Source of the DNA: an uncultured Nitrososphaeraceae archaeon
Lineage (GTDB): Archaea > Thermoproteota > Nitrososphaeria > Nitrososphaerales > Nitrososphaeraceae
Direction of reading: 5' to 3'
NCBI GenBank assembly: GCA_963837175.1
Contig: CAWIMJ010000034.1
Coordinates: 32,001-96,000, forward strand
Length of the DNA: 64,000 bases
Shown: one piece after another, positions 44,661-55,714 of the stretch
How the letters are laid out: each line of letters starts with the position of its first letter
How positions within the stretch are numbered: the stretch's first letter is position 1
Translations under genes and position numbers: made by a program
Notes under the pieces: generated by a model
The model's input: the letters and a program-made list of their open reading frames with translations, nothing else
Told to the model about the DNA's origin: nothing
Database searches by the model: none

Positions 44661-45680
44661 ATGATGACAATAACAATAGCTTTATGCTTCCATCATACTA
44701 TAACTCTTGAAGATACAAAATATATGACGATATTAACAAGACAGGAGAAGGAAAGACTTGTAATAGAGCATTACAATCAAGGTAAAACTTATCGCGAAAT
44801 ATCTAAGGAGGCAAGAATATCTCCACGTGATATAGGAGTTATTTTGAATAAGATAGTTGAAGAGAAGACTGAAGGATTGAAAGAAGAACAAGATAATATT
44901 GAGTCTGAGAAAAACCAAGAACAACGGTTATCTCTTTTCACACAAGCATACAAACTCTTTTCAGAAAGTAAGACTCCATTAGAAGTATCAATTGAATTAA
45001 ACCTAAGAGAGTCAGAAGCAACTAAATTCTGTAGAGAATATTGGAAGCTAAAACAACTACACAATCTAAATGTGGTTTATGAAGAGATTAAAGATGGTAT
45101 TGAACCATTTCTAAGGTTATATAAATTAGCCAAGGCAAAAGGTTTCGGAGTCAAGCAAGTTGTTGACATTCTTGCAATCACAAACAACGATTTACCAGCT
45201 ATTGAAGAGCGATTTAAAAGACTAAGAACTGACGAAAGTATACTGCAAGCTCAAAAACATACATGTAAGAGAAATTTATACCAATTGAATAATCAAATAG
45301 CATCAACAACCAGACTCTTGAGCTCTTTTCGTATATCTTGTGAAAGAGAAAGAAGAGAGATAGAAAATCTCAGTAACGAAAAGGCAAGACTTCAGGATAC
45401 TATAACAGAATTTAAGAACAGTAACGAAGAATATCTTGATAAAATCAAACAGGCAGCTGAAGAAAGTGTGAAAACTGTTTTAACTAACGGTAAATTACTC
45501 TTACAATTTGCTATTGCTTCAATAATAGAATCACTAAGAATAAACCCTGAAATATATGATTTTGTATTAAGTGATGAAATGTATGCTACTTTCATATTAG
45601 AAGAGGCTGAAAAGCTTTACAATAAATTAACAACAAAACTGACAAATGATATTATAGCCGCTGTAGCTCTTAGGGAATAA
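44661..45680 (+). CDS. HTH plus coiled-coil hypothetical protein (multicopy family; paralog at 57361-58439)
   Basis: 'YNQGKTYREISKEARISPRDIG' HTH and a long heptad region; likely start at 44724. Confidence 0.75.
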   Translation: MMTITIALCFHHTITLEDTKYMTILTRQEKERLVIEHYNQGKTYREISKEARISPRDIGVILNKIVEEKTEGLKEEQDNIESEKNQEQRLSLFTQAYKLFSESKTPLEVSIELNLRESEATKFCREYWKLKQLHNLNVVYEEIKDGIEPFLRLYKLAKAKGFGVKQVVDILAITNNDLPAIEERFKRLRTDESILQAQKHTCKRNLYQLNNQIASTTRLLSSFRISCERERREIENLSNEKARLQDTITEFKNSNEEYLDKIKQAAEESVKTVLTNGKLLLQFAIASIIESLRINPEIYDFVLSDEMYATFILEEAEKLYNKLTTKLTNDIIAAVALRE

Positions 45681-45822
45681 TCATCATCATCTCATCTGTA
45701 GAAGTCTCTTTGTATACTTCTATTCCTATTTTATTTTGTAATTGCTGTATCTGTCTATCTTCTTCATTTATTTGCTATTTTGTTTTATAAAATTTCCTTA
45801 GAAACTCAACTTCCAACACGAA

Positions 45823-46353
45823 TTGAGGAACTTCAGCTATCCAGAAGATTATAATAGTTATCAGACATACTACGAGAGCTACCTTAAAATCTACTCTCCA
45901 TCGTCATATATCATGAATAAAATATTTTACCTGTTGGTGGCTTCAGGTGTAGTCATATTTGTGGGGACTATGATAATGTATGCAGTGGAATCAGGAGCAG
46001 AGAATACAAAAATGAAAACCCCTCTAGACGCTTTGTGGTGGTGTATTGCTACTGTTACCACTGTGGGATATGGCGATGTTGTTCCAGTTACCGGTTTAGG
46101 AAGAATTGTGGCAATAGTCTATATGTTTTTTGGAATAACCTTAATTGCCATCTTGCTTGCTGTTATTTCCAACACATTCTACAAGAAAAGAATCGAGAAT
46201 GAAGAAATAGAAAAGAAGAAACAGGAGATGCATTACCTTAGGGATTTGGTCATAAGCAGACTTTCAGACATAGAAGGAAAACAGTCAGAATGCATTGAAC
46301 TAGTCAATCGGCTCAGTTCATCTATTGAAAACAATAGCAAATATGAAAATTAA
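45823..46353 (+). CDS. Two-TM potassium channel (KcsA-like)
   Basis: Selectivity filter 'TVTTVGYGD'. Confidence 0.9.
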   Translation: MRNFSYPEDYNSYQTYYESYLKIYSPSSYIMNKIFYLLVASGVVIFVGTMIMYAVESGAENTKMKTPLDALWWCIATVTTVGYGDVVPVTGLGRIVAIVYMFFGITLIAILLAVISNTFYKKRIENEEIEKKKQEMHYLRDLVISRLSDIEGKQSECIELVNRLSSSIENNSKYEN

Positions 46354-46553
46354 GTACCGATTTGAGGAGAACTTTAAGGAACTATTGTTTGATATCACTG
46401 TAGAGGTAATGCAAAGAAACTAGAACAACTAACAAACAGCTTGATCATTGGTTGAGGTTTTGTCTTCTTTCATTTATTTTCTACTATCTATAAGATACTA
46501 GACAAGTTTATTGTTGGCAGTAAAGAAATGTATTACTTCTATCCTTTCGCTCG

Positions 46554-46889
46554 TTAGCCTTTGATAAATCCAAGAGTAAATCCAGCTGACATACTGCCAG
46601 TTAATGGAATACCAAAGCTAGTCATTGCCAATGAAGAGACTGTTGCAGGAGCATGTACTTTGCTGCTATTATTACCGCTAATACCTGAAATCTGTGTTAT
46701 TGCATTTGAAAGGGTTGTAATAGCACCTTCGGATAGTGTTTGAAGTTTATTCCAGTTTATGTTAGCTATCTGATGATATTGCAGGTACGCTAATCTAGCT
46801 AGAAATAATCCTACTATTACAGCTACAATTTTAATTACTTTCTTCAAGGCATATCCAACTAAGATACCTACAAAGAAGCTGCCGCCCAT
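46554..46889 (-). CDS. FUN14-family membrane protein
   Basis: 'GILVGYALKKVIKIVAVIVG...LAYLQY..IANINW' and C-terminal 'GFTLGF'. Confidence 0.8.
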   Translation of the reverse strand: MGGSFFVGILVGYALKKVIKIVAVIVGLFLARLAYLQYHQIANINWNKLQTLSEGAITTLSNAITQISGISGNNSSKVHAPATVSSLAMTSFGIPLTGSMSAGFTLGFIKG

Positions 46890-47414
46890 AGTAGCTGCAG
46901 TTAGTCCCAGGCTTTCAATGCAAAGAATCTCTTAAAGAAAATTCACAGAATTTCCAATAGGACATTTGTTATTATCGATGAAATTCTAACTAGACATCTA
47001 GACATTAACGATGAAGACACATGATTCGAACAGGAGGAAATGGAAAATGCCATCATAATGAGAATTCACCGGATGAGGAGTGAATGATTGATAAGCAATC
47101 TTAGTAATGGTTCTAGTCTAGACGAAATAATACAAGTAAAGCAAGAAGAATATCATCCAAATCTGCACGAAATGCATGATACCATAACCACAGCCTGTTA
47201 TTATCTTTACTAAACAGGATTGTCTTTGGAGGTTCGTTGTAGCTCCATTTTAAGCGCACACGGTTATGACGTACAAAACTTGCATTCATTAAAACCATAA
47301 TGCGAAGCAAATTATACATTCTTTGTTGAATATAGGTCTAATGATTAATCAGATAACTATCTGAATGGTTTGACCTAAAGTGGGTAATTCAATACTTTTT
47401 TATACAATAAGGAT

Positions 47415-49757
47415 TTGCATACACCGTTGGCGCTATTAGATGAAATAAAGAGCATCTGTTCCCGGTTAAGCTCTCATGGATGGAGAGATCTTCTTTTGCA
47501 ACATGATCTAGATATTACTGCAGAGGATCTAAAAAAAGAACTTTTAAATGAACTTCCATCAATCAACCGACAGATAGAGGGATTTGAAGATTTTGCTATA
47601 GAAGGTAAACGAGGCATTGAACCAGGTAATCCTGCTCGTAGCTTACTTTTTCATGCCCTAGCATCTCCAAATGTTATAAAAAAGGCTAACGGACAAGAGC
47701 TTGATGCCTTTCCTACATTGACAGAAATCAAGAAGGTTGAGAATTTTGTATATGCAATACAACCACCATCATTGCAACAATTAAGGAATAAAGCTAAAGA
47801 AATTGTCCACCTAGTTAACGGACAGGGAAGTGGGAATAATTTGGAAGAAGCAACAATGGCAGTTGTTGTATTTTCTTCAGAATACCGGCCTGCCGCAGAA
47901 ACAGTACATCAAAAACATGCTGATATGTGCTATTCAAGATCTGGAGTTGCAAGAGTCGGCACAGATGAACCATTATACGATAATCGCAGGAGAGGCTTTC
48001 TTCCAATTGTAAATAATAAACACAATGCATTTAGAGTTCTACCCGCTCAATATGATGCCTATATTGCAATTCAACTTACTGGTAATAAAGATATATTTGG
48101 ACCATTGCACTATAGATTAAATCGTATTTCAGATGCAGAAAGTAAATTTTGGGTTCCTCTTCATAAGCTTTTCAGTGGAAATGAATGCTTAAAGGATATC
48201 AATTTGAGCGTAGATCTCAGAGCATTCCATAAAAATGAAAAAATAAAACGAATACATTTGGCGTTACAAAAGATCATAAATTATCCAAAAATCAATGACA
48301 CGACACTAAATAATCCACCATATACTTTTTCAGAAGGTATTGCAGAATTTTCTGCTAATGTGGAACATGGAGATGGACTTTTAGTTCCTGTGTCTCATAG
48401 TCCAATGGTTGAACCAGCTAGAGACAATGGAAAGCGACTTACGTTTCTTGTCCCTCCAGAGCGTGATAAGGATTCCATATTTGAATATCTTGACTCAAGT
48501 CTTAAACTGAATAAAGGACTAGGTATTCCTGGTGCTCCGGAATATGTACATGTTAGACACATGGTTGATGACAATGAAAATATTATGAATTTAAATCTCG
48601 AAGATAATATGATGGCTCTAATTATGGCAGGAGGTTATCAAGCTCAACATTACCATGATTTTACTGGTGATGGCTGGATTGAAGCATCAATTCCTGAATT
48701 GATTTCTCAAGATGAAACATCAATACCACCAAACAAATTTAATATGATTTCAGCTTATTCTCTGATAACTGCCCCTGATTTTTTTACTAATGTGGATCAA
48801 GGGGAATTGAGGAGGTGGTATGATAAACTCGATTCAAATTTGCAAGATCCCAAATGGGTAGAGCAACTTGAAACATTATCAGACCAAAGCGACGTTCCTC
48901 CCAATTTAGATTTAAAAAAGTCTAAAGATGGAAATCTTAAGAGGATATTTAACCCTGATGACAAAACTGCTACAGCCATAGTCTCATTACCGTTAAAAAG
49001 AATTGAAAGACAAATACCTGACTCATTATTAAAAACGATGAGACACTCCTATCTACCCGATGCAGCATCTGGCTATTTTGCTCCTGGATGGGATATAGGT
49101 ATTGATGAATCACATCCTAGTAATCCATATCTTGCTTCTTATACTCTTGGAAGTCCTTTTCCTGAAGATTCTAAACTTTGTGCAGCATTATCTGCGTTTT
49201 GGCCTGCTGTTGCACCAGATGCAGGCCGTAGTTTCTGGTGGGAAGTTAGAAAAGGAGTTTTTCCAACTAGGAGCCCTCTAACAGATGAAGAAATTGGATC
49301 GGTTGGAGATCGTGGTTGGGATGGATTTAGTGGTCCCCAATTGATCTCCGATACTGAAACAAGTGAAATTATAGAATATCATGCAAGCGAGTATGTAGAC
49401 TATGTTGAAAGTGCTCTCGAAAATAAATTCTCACTAAATCTCACTATTAATGTGGATAATGATGAATACCAGAAAAGAATAAAGGCAATGGCAAGAGCAT
49501 ACCTAGCTTGTAGAGCCCCAGACGAATCTTCTCAAACTCGTTCTCCCGTTCTATCGTTTCGTAAAGTATCATCAAATGATTTGCAATTAAGAGAAGCTCA
49601 AGAAAGATTTGGAAACCCAATAAATGGAGATATATTTAGAATTGAAATTGTAAGAGGACAACGAGAAATTAAAATTCAAAAGGTAAGGTTGAAGATATCG
49701 AAAAAATTTGTTTGTTTTGTAGGAAATGATAACATAGGTACTGGTAAAAGAAAATAA
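47415..49757 (+). CDS. Putative divergent LodA/GoxA-like (CTQ) oxidase precursor
   Basis: Collinear LodA-like motifs 'GVARVG', 'DFTGDGWIEA', 'APDF', 'GYFAPGWD', 'PFPEDSKLC..FWP'; paired with a flavoprotein. Confidence 0.55.
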   Translation: MHTPLALLDEIKSICSRLSSHGWRDLLLQHDLDITAEDLKKELLNELPSINRQIEGFEDFAIEGKRGIEPGNPARSLLFHALASPNVIKKANGQELDAFPTLTEIKKVENFVYAIQPPSLQQLRNKAKEIVHLVNGQGSGNNLEEATMAVVVFSSEYRPAAETVHQKHADMCYSRSGVARVGTDEPLYDNRRRGFLPIVNNKHNAFRVLPAQYDAYIAIQLTGNKDIFGPLHYRLNRISDAESKFWVPLHKLFSGNECLKDINLSVDLRAFHKNEKIKRIHLALQKIINYPKINDTTLNNPPYTFSEGIAEFSANVEHGDGLLVPVSHSPMVEPARDNGKRLTFLVPPERDKDSIFEYLDSSLKLNKGLGIPGAPEYVHVRHMVDDNENIMNLNLEDNMMALIMAGGYQAQHYHDFTGDGWIEASIPELISQDETSIPPNKFNMISAYSLITAPDFFTNVDQGELRRWYDKLDSNLQDPKWVEQLETLSDQSDVPPNLDLKKSKDGNLKRIFNPDDKTATAIVSLPLKRIERQIPDSLLKTMRHSYLPDAASGYFAPGWDIGIDESHPSNPYLASYTLGSPFPEDSKLCAALSAFWPAVAPDAGRSFWWEVRKGVFPTRSPLTDEEIGSVGDRGWDGFSGPQLISDTETSEIIEYHASEYVDYVESALENKFSLNLTINVDNDEYQKRIKAMARAYLACRAPDESSQTRSPVLSFRKVSSNDLQLREAQERFGNPINGDIFRIEIVRGQREIKIQKVRLKISKKFVCFVGNDNIGTGKRK

Positions 49758-49763
49758 TAAAGA

Positions 49764-50816
49764 ATGGGACAAGATAGTGATAGAGTAAACCCTAGACCGA
49801 AAGTCATCATCATAGGCAGTGGCCCATCTGGTTCTGCTGCTGCCATTTGGGCTGCAAAACTAGGATTTAGAGTTATTCTACTGGAATCATCAATATTTCC
49901 GCGACATAGACCTGGTGAAACATTGCATCCGGGTCTAGAAAGTATATTTAAAATGCTAGAAGTAAATGACGAAATTGATAAAGAAAAATTCTATCGTCAT
50001 AGTGGTATCGCGGTACAATGGAACTCTGAATGTAAACTAGTACCATTTGGTAAAGATAATAATGGATGTTGGCTTGGATATCAGGCATTACGTTCTAAAT
50101 TAGATTATATTCTTCTTAATCATGCTAAAAAATTGGGTGTATCCGTATTACAACCATGCCATGCAGTCAATATAATTTGCAACTCAAATAAAATCATAGG
50201 AGTAATAACATCAGAAGGTAATTTTCAAAGTAATTTTGTTATTGATGCTGGAGGAAGTGCACACTGGCTTGCCAGAAAAATTGATCTTAAAATATCAAAA
50301 TACTCTTCCAATCTTATTGCCTTCTATGGCTATGCAAAAGGCACTTGTGATTTTAACCATAATAATCCACATTTAAAGGCTGTAGATAATGGTTGGATAT
50401 GGACAGCAAAAGTAAATCAAAATCTTTATCAATGGACGAGACTTTTATTTAATGATAATACAATATCTAAAAATTGGTTGCCAAAAGAACTAAATAAGCT
50501 AGAACCTCTGGGTCCTATTCTAGGATCAGATGTAACATGGCGTCTTGTTGATAGACCGTCGGGATTAGGATATTTTATTACTGGTGACGCCGCAAGTGTT
50601 TTGGATCCTGCATCATCCCATGGTGTTCTGAAAGGAATGATGTCAGGAATAATGGCAGTACATACCATAAATAGAATTATCGATGATGGCATTCCAATAA
50701 ATCTTGCTATAAGAAAGTATAATGAATGGTTATCTGAATGGTTTTTTTATGACTATACCAAACTAAAAGAGTTTTACTTAACTCATCCAACACCTCCAAA
50801 ATGGCTAATAAATTGA
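49764..50816 (+). CDS. FAD-dependent oxidoreductase (LodB/GoxB or Trp-halogenase-like family)
   Basis: 'IIGSGPSG', 'RPGETL', 'IDAGG', 'GWIW', 'GDAASVLDPASSHGV'. Confidence 0.85.
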   Translation: MGQDSDRVNPRPKVIIIGSGPSGSAAAIWAAKLGFRVILLESSIFPRHRPGETLHPGLESIFKMLEVNDEIDKEKFYRHSGIAVQWNSECKLVPFGKDNNGCWLGYQALRSKLDYILLNHAKKLGVSVLQPCHAVNIICNSNKIIGVITSEGNFQSNFVIDAGGSAHWLARKIDLKISKYSSNLIAFYGYAKGTCDFNHNNPHLKAVDNGWIWTAKVNQNLYQWTRLLFNDNTISKNWLPKELNKLEPLGPILGSDVTWRLVDRPSGLGYFITGDAASVLDPASSHGVLKGMMSGIMAVHTINRIIDDGIPINLAIRKYNEWLSEWFFYDYTKLKEFYLTHPTPPKWLIN

Positions 50817-50967
50817 ATTAATAAATATATCTACTATCCCACATCCCCACCGAATTCGTAGACTTTACAAACATGAATGAGGTATTTTATAATTTTATAA
50901 TGTATTATTAAAGGAGTAATATTATGGCCAAGAAGCATTTTGTAATAGATCTATTCATATAAATTTA

Positions 50968-51390
50968 TTATTTTGTTCTTTGATAAGGTAACAATGGAAG
51001 TCGATTACTATGCACCTTGTCTAGTTGTTGGAATGAAAAAAGGGAGCAATTACATTTTAAAATTCTGGTATTCGTTTCTCCATTAAATGTACTCTCTGAG
51101 ACAAATTTACTTGCTTCATCTTCATTTTCTGCATCTATGATCTCTCTCTTCTTTTTGATCAATTCAATACTGTCTCTGGCTGTTTTTCTTACTTGACCAT
51201 CTGGATCATTTTCAGCAACCATCTTAAGTTCATCAATTACAATAGTATTATTAGTATATGCAAATGCCCTGCCAAAAGCTGCAGTTGCATTATTTCTGAC
51301 CTGAACTGATTGATCATCGTACAGTAGTGTCTTTAAATGATTAAATCCTGGATTTTTTATATTTCCATTTTGATCTGCAACGAAAAAGCC
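50968..51390 (-). pseudogene. HEAT-repeat C-terminal fragment similar to the aminopeptidase tail at about 42800-43200
   Basis: 'LLYDDQSVQVRNNATAAF' and 'AENDPDGQVRKTA'. Confidence 0.45.
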
Positions 51391-51547
51391 TAATTCAGAG
51401 GTGGCGGTTCTTCTTTTTCTTTCATGATTCCATAGCTGCTATTATTTATTAATAGTATCGTGACTCGCGTTATAACTTCCTCGTTGTTAGACGTAGTGCC
51501 AAGAATTCTTAAACCGGTAATAGCTCCTCGGGCAACAAGATCTCGGA

Positions 51548-52058
51548 ATGTATACCTTAAGGAAAATTTATTCACGTTATATTAAATCCCAATTAGAACA
51601 AAATAATGAGATTGTTTTAATCATTCCATATTATGAAACTACCAATAGCGTCAGACATATTTTATCTAAAAACAAAGAGGCTAATGATAGTGATAATGAT
51701 CTTCCTTACATTCATGTGCAAAAATATGAGAATGAAGGATCTCTTATAATTATAGATTCAGCAAAAGCATATTTTGGATGAGATAGGACTTGAGTTATTT
51801 ATTCAGAAACTAGTAAAGCAAGCAGAGAGTATAGGTAAGAATGGTGTTTCTGTACTCACTGATTCTGGGTCTTTTTCTCTCTTTGGAGGAAGAGAGAAGC
51901 TAGTAGATTATGAACTATCATTACCATCGAAATATCCTCATGGAACTAAGTTGAAAAGGTTTTGTATTAATAATAAAAAAGAATTCGAAGAGCTTATCCA
52001 AGAGCAAAAAGAAAAATTAATTGAACATCACCGTAAGAATATAGTCATAGATAATTAG
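51548..52058 (+). pseudogene. MEDS/KaiC-like sensory-domain protein, frameshifted
   Basis: 'IVLIIPYYET..SVR', 'GSLIIIDS..AYFG', 'GVSVLTDSG.F...LVDYEL.LP'. Confidence 0.5.
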
Positions 52059-52373
52059 AAGGAAATCTTGATTGAATATATTTATACATATTTACCAATA
52101 ACAATTAGTCTATTGATTTAGATCTATGGCAGTACTATGCGTACACCCTATATTAAGCAGGTTTATAACTTTGTAATAATTGAACGAAACAAAGCTAAGA
52201 ATCCTTATATATAAATTTTCAAAAGAGAATTGGAGAATTACAGCAATTCGAGGGTATTGTACAATTGAACTCTTCTTTGATGTAACTCAATAATGAATAA
52301 TTCTAGAAGTATTAAGATTTTAAGTATATACTCATTAAACAATTTAAATATATACTCTCTATAAATAAAAACG

Positions 52374-53495
52374 TTGACAGAAAATAAGAATATCGGAAAC
52401 CTTATACCGTTAAGAGGGAACATATCTAAGATTTTAAAAGAAGAAAGAAAGGTATTGAGAGATGCATTTATCAAATTAAATACGAACCAGTTCGTATATC
52501 CTGGAGGTAGAAATGATAAACCATTTATTGGAGGGATAACTTATTGGTTTAAACAAGACGAAATTCATCAGGCCACACATGTGCATCATGGTCCTGCATT
52601 CCTCCCATGGCATAGAGAGTTAATAAATAGATTTGAAATGCATCTAAGAATGGTTAATAGAAATACTTCTCTTCATTATTGGGATTGGAATGAAGATCCA
52701 GAAAACACTATTGACTCACAAGGTAAGCCAATAAATCTTTTTAAAGATGAATTTATGGGTAATTCTATTGGCGAGGTAGGGCAGCCATGGCTAAAAGCAA
52801 AATTCTATGATCCGGATGCAGAACAGTATAGAGCCGACGATCCATTTGATAAAGAACATAGCAATCCGTTTGATCCGCCAAAACATTTAAGGAGACAAAA
52901 ACAAAAAGGAACACTAAAAGAATTTATGGAATCAGATGGTGCTCATTTTTACACAGATGAAGAAATAATTAGTTCTGATACATTTACAGAAATGCGGATA
53001 AAATTAGAAGGTGTTCATGATTATGCTCATGGCTATATTGGTGGACATATAGGTGAACTTCATACCGCATTTCGAGATCCTTTTGTATTCTTAATACATT
53101 CAAATGTAGATAGATTATTTGCAGCTTGGCAACTTGCAAGTGGACATGAATCTAGGTTGGATCCGCAATATGTCTATGGAGACGAGAAGAATTCTATGTC
53201 ACTAGGATCTACTTCACCTCATGTAATTGTTGGACTACAAAGTTTATTATCGCCCTGGGCAGGCGTGGGTTATCCATTTGAAAGAAGACAAATTGAAAAT
53301 GAATTATCACTTAAAGAAGAGCCTGGCGTGAATGATGTAAGGCCATGGGCTTATCCTGACAATTGGCATAGAAATCCAAAATCTCCAGCTGAAAAGCCAA
53401 AGAATTCCTTGGACCAATCGGTGGTTGTACCTGCTACTCGATATAATAGCTATCCATCTGGTTTCAATTATAATTTCAATATTTTTAAGGAATAG
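52374..53495 (+). CDS. Tyrosinase (type-3 copper protein)
   Basis: CuA 'H...HVHHGPAFLPWHR', 'YWDW'; CuB 'HDYAH...RDPFVFLIHSNVDRLF'. Confidence 0.9.
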   Translation: MTENKNIGNLIPLRGNISKILKEERKVLRDAFIKLNTNQFVYPGGRNDKPFIGGITYWFKQDEIHQATHVHHGPAFLPWHRELINRFEMHLRMVNRNTSLHYWDWNEDPENTIDSQGKPINLFKDEFMGNSIGEVGQPWLKAKFYDPDAEQYRADDPFDKEHSNPFDPPKHLRRQKQKGTLKEFMESDGAHFYTDEEIISSDTFTEMRIKLEGVHDYAHGYIGGHIGELHTAFRDPFVFLIHSNVDRLFAAWQLASGHESRLDPQYVYGDEKNSMSLGSTSPHVIVGLQSLLSPWAGVGYPFERRQIENELSLKEEPGVNDVRPWAYPDNWHRNPKSPAEKPKNSLDQSVVVPATRYNSYPSGFNYNFNIFKE

Positions 53496-53503
53496 AAAAA
53501 AAT

Positions 53504-55714
53504 ATGGCTATCTTACATTTTAGTGGAAAATTCAAATTCCATGTTCCTCTCTACAACAATATTCCTTATCATGAGGAATTAGAGTTCAACTCACAAATAG
53601 AACCAAAAGAAGTACATAAAAATTTTGGAGTTGATCCATTACAGTATTATGAATTTGAATTTTTGGATGTTTACGTATCAAAAATAACTTATGATGATGG
53701 AACCTCTACTGTAAACCCTAAAAATGATCCAATCATTGGTAAGAAAGTGTTATTAAAGGGTCTCTTAGTGGACGTGGCACCTCATTTAGAGATTGGAAGA
53801 TTGTTTGCTGCCGAATTTAGAGTTATAGATTTTCTTATGGGAAAACTAGATGTTGCAGTACAATCAGAACTTGCTAAGAATATTAAAACTGATATATTAG
53901 ACAATATTCAAAACGAATCTGTTTGTTATTCTGCATATTTCGATACTCGCTTATATGAAATATATAGATTAACACATGAGGAATTAACAAAAGATAGTTC
54001 TAAATTCCTCAAAGAAATTGATAATAACATTTCGAATCTAAAAGTACATTTTACTGTTACCAGATTCATAAATAAATCCTCTGTTTTAGATAATGAGGAA
54101 TCTGTAATTAATGAAGGAAATGTTTATGGATATATTAAAGAAGAAACCCTTTCACAGAATAACAGCGGTGTACGGCTCAAGGAACGTCGTCTTATTTTCA
54201 ATTCTAGTTTAAACTGTAATTCCAATGAAAATGATAATAATTTCCCGTTAGATATTTTTAAGGATTTTGATCTTAAAGGAACTTATGAAATACAAGAAGA
54301 AAAAAAGTTAGTTATAGTATCTTATATAAATTTTATTCCCTATATCGATTTAAATTATAATACCTTTCCACAAGTTAGATATTTCATTAAAATATTTTAT
54401 GAAGATCGGGAGCTTCACTGTGGGGAAGAAGATGTAGAGATTAAAACTAATAGGGAAAGTCTTTTTGAATCTGGCGGAACCAAAGTTTTTAAAATTCCAG
54501 GAGATGTGTGCGATTTATCAAAATTATATCTTATCGTGGTATTAAAAAAAGAAAACAATAATGAGTTCATACTAATGATTGAGCCTGATTATGATATTGT
54601 TTTAGACGAAAATTGTCGATACATATATCTAGAATCTAACAAACAAAAGGAGATAGTATCTTTTATATTCCATAAAAATAAGCTAGATAATGGATTAATA
54701 CCAATAGTTTTAGAAAATCCTACATTGGATCAAAAATCATCGAGAGATGAAAAAAGTAAATACCGATCACCCATTGTTGCAAAATGGATGCAGAAAGAGA
54801 AAGAACCAACAGGGAACAAAAAATCGAATGAGATGACAATTAATGCAATAAATGGCGTCGTACGTGCCGTAATAGAGGCCATAAATTTAGAAGATTCTGA
54901 AAAAGTATATGATCCTGTTAATGATATATATTTAGAAGGAGAACTGCCTTGGAATAGGTATTATGGAAATGAAGTTTCGTTAAAAATAGATATTAATGAT
55001 AATTATAAAATGCAGAGAAATATTCCTGTTCGTGTACTTCATAGTGTTAACTTGGAGTCAAATAATAAAGAAGTAAAATCTTTAGAGATTATAAAAAAGC
55101 TTTTCTCATATTATATCCGATACTATCCTTGGCTGCATACTAGCTATACACAAGATCCGAATATGGAAAAATCAAGATATGTATATAAAAGATTTTTAGA
55201 ACTTGATAAATGGGACTACAACCATCATAACTGGGCTAATACTAAGCAAGTCATAGATAATATAGATAAGATTGTAGAACGTCTTTCAAGAAAAGATGAA
55301 GATTGGAGAAAAATGCCTCGATCAAGAGACTTTCCAATTAATGGTGTGGAATTTATAAAGATATGGCGTACTCAAATTCTTGATGAGTTATTACATGGAG
55401 TAAATGATTATATTAAAATCGATGTCCAAGACAATCTAAAAAAACTTGATAAATTAATAGAGAAAAGTGATGATGAGAAAGATAAAGATGTATTATTAGT
55501 GTTAAAAAGATATATCGAAAGCGAGAATTTGGGTGATGAATTTACAGACGTCCAAGACAATCTAAAAAAACTTGATAAATTAATAGAGAAAAGTGATGAT
55601 GAGAAAGATAAAGAATTTATCAAATCTTTAAGATTAAGAATATTAATTAAAGTATCAGAAAGTATACATAATTTAAGGCAAGAAATCCAGACAAGCCACA
55701 TACATTCTGAATAG
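53504..55714 (+). CDS. Hypothetical protein with VioB/RebD-like terminal motifs, co-transcribed with the tyrosinase
   Basis: N-terminal 'LHFSGKF..HVP..NN' and C-terminal 'YYIRYYPW...KMPRSRDF'; 8-bp gap after the tyrosinase. Confidence 0.5.
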   Translation: MAILHFSGKFKFHVPLYNNIPYHEELEFNSQIEPKEVHKNFGVDPLQYYEFEFLDVYVSKITYDDGTSTVNPKNDPIIGKKVLLKGLLVDVAPHLEIGRLFAAEFRVIDFLMGKLDVAVQSELAKNIKTDILDNIQNESVCYSAYFDTRLYEIYRLTHEELTKDSSKFLKEIDNNISNLKVHFTVTRFINKSSVLDNEESVINEGNVYGYIKEETLSQNNSGVRLKERRLIFNSSLNCNSNENDNNFPLDIFKDFDLKGTYEIQEEKKLVIVSYINFIPYIDLNYNTFPQVRYFIKIFYEDRELHCGEEDVEIKTNRESLFESGGTKVFKIPGDVCDLSKLYLIVVLKKENNNEFILMIEPDYDIVLDENCRYIYLESNKQKEIVSFIFHKNKLDNGLIPIVLENPTLDQKSSRDEKSKYRSPIVAKWMQKEKEPTGNKKSNEMTINAINGVVRAVIEAINLEDSEKVYDPVNDIYLEGELPWNRYYGNEVSLKIDINDNYKMQRNIPVRVLHSVNLESNNKEVKSLEIIKKLFSYYIRYYPWLHTSYTQDPNMEKSRYVYKRFLELDKWDYNHHNWANTKQVIDNIDKIVERLSRKDEDWRKMPRSRDFPINGVEFIKIWRTQILDELLHGVNDYIKIDVQDNLKKLDKLIEKSDDEKDKDVLLVLKRYIESENLGDEFTDVQDNLKKLDKLIEKSDDEKDKEFIKSLRLRILIKVSESIHNLRQEIQTSHIHSE
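55421..55614. repeat. 68-bp in-frame direct repeat, period 126 bp (DVQDNLKKLDKLIEKSDDEKDK x2)
   Basis: Copies at 55421 and 55547. Confidence 0.9.

Noticed and set aside
49764-50816. True flavin-dependent halogenase
   Set aside because: Has GWIWTAK rather than the WxWxIP halogenase motif; the context fits a LodB-like role better.
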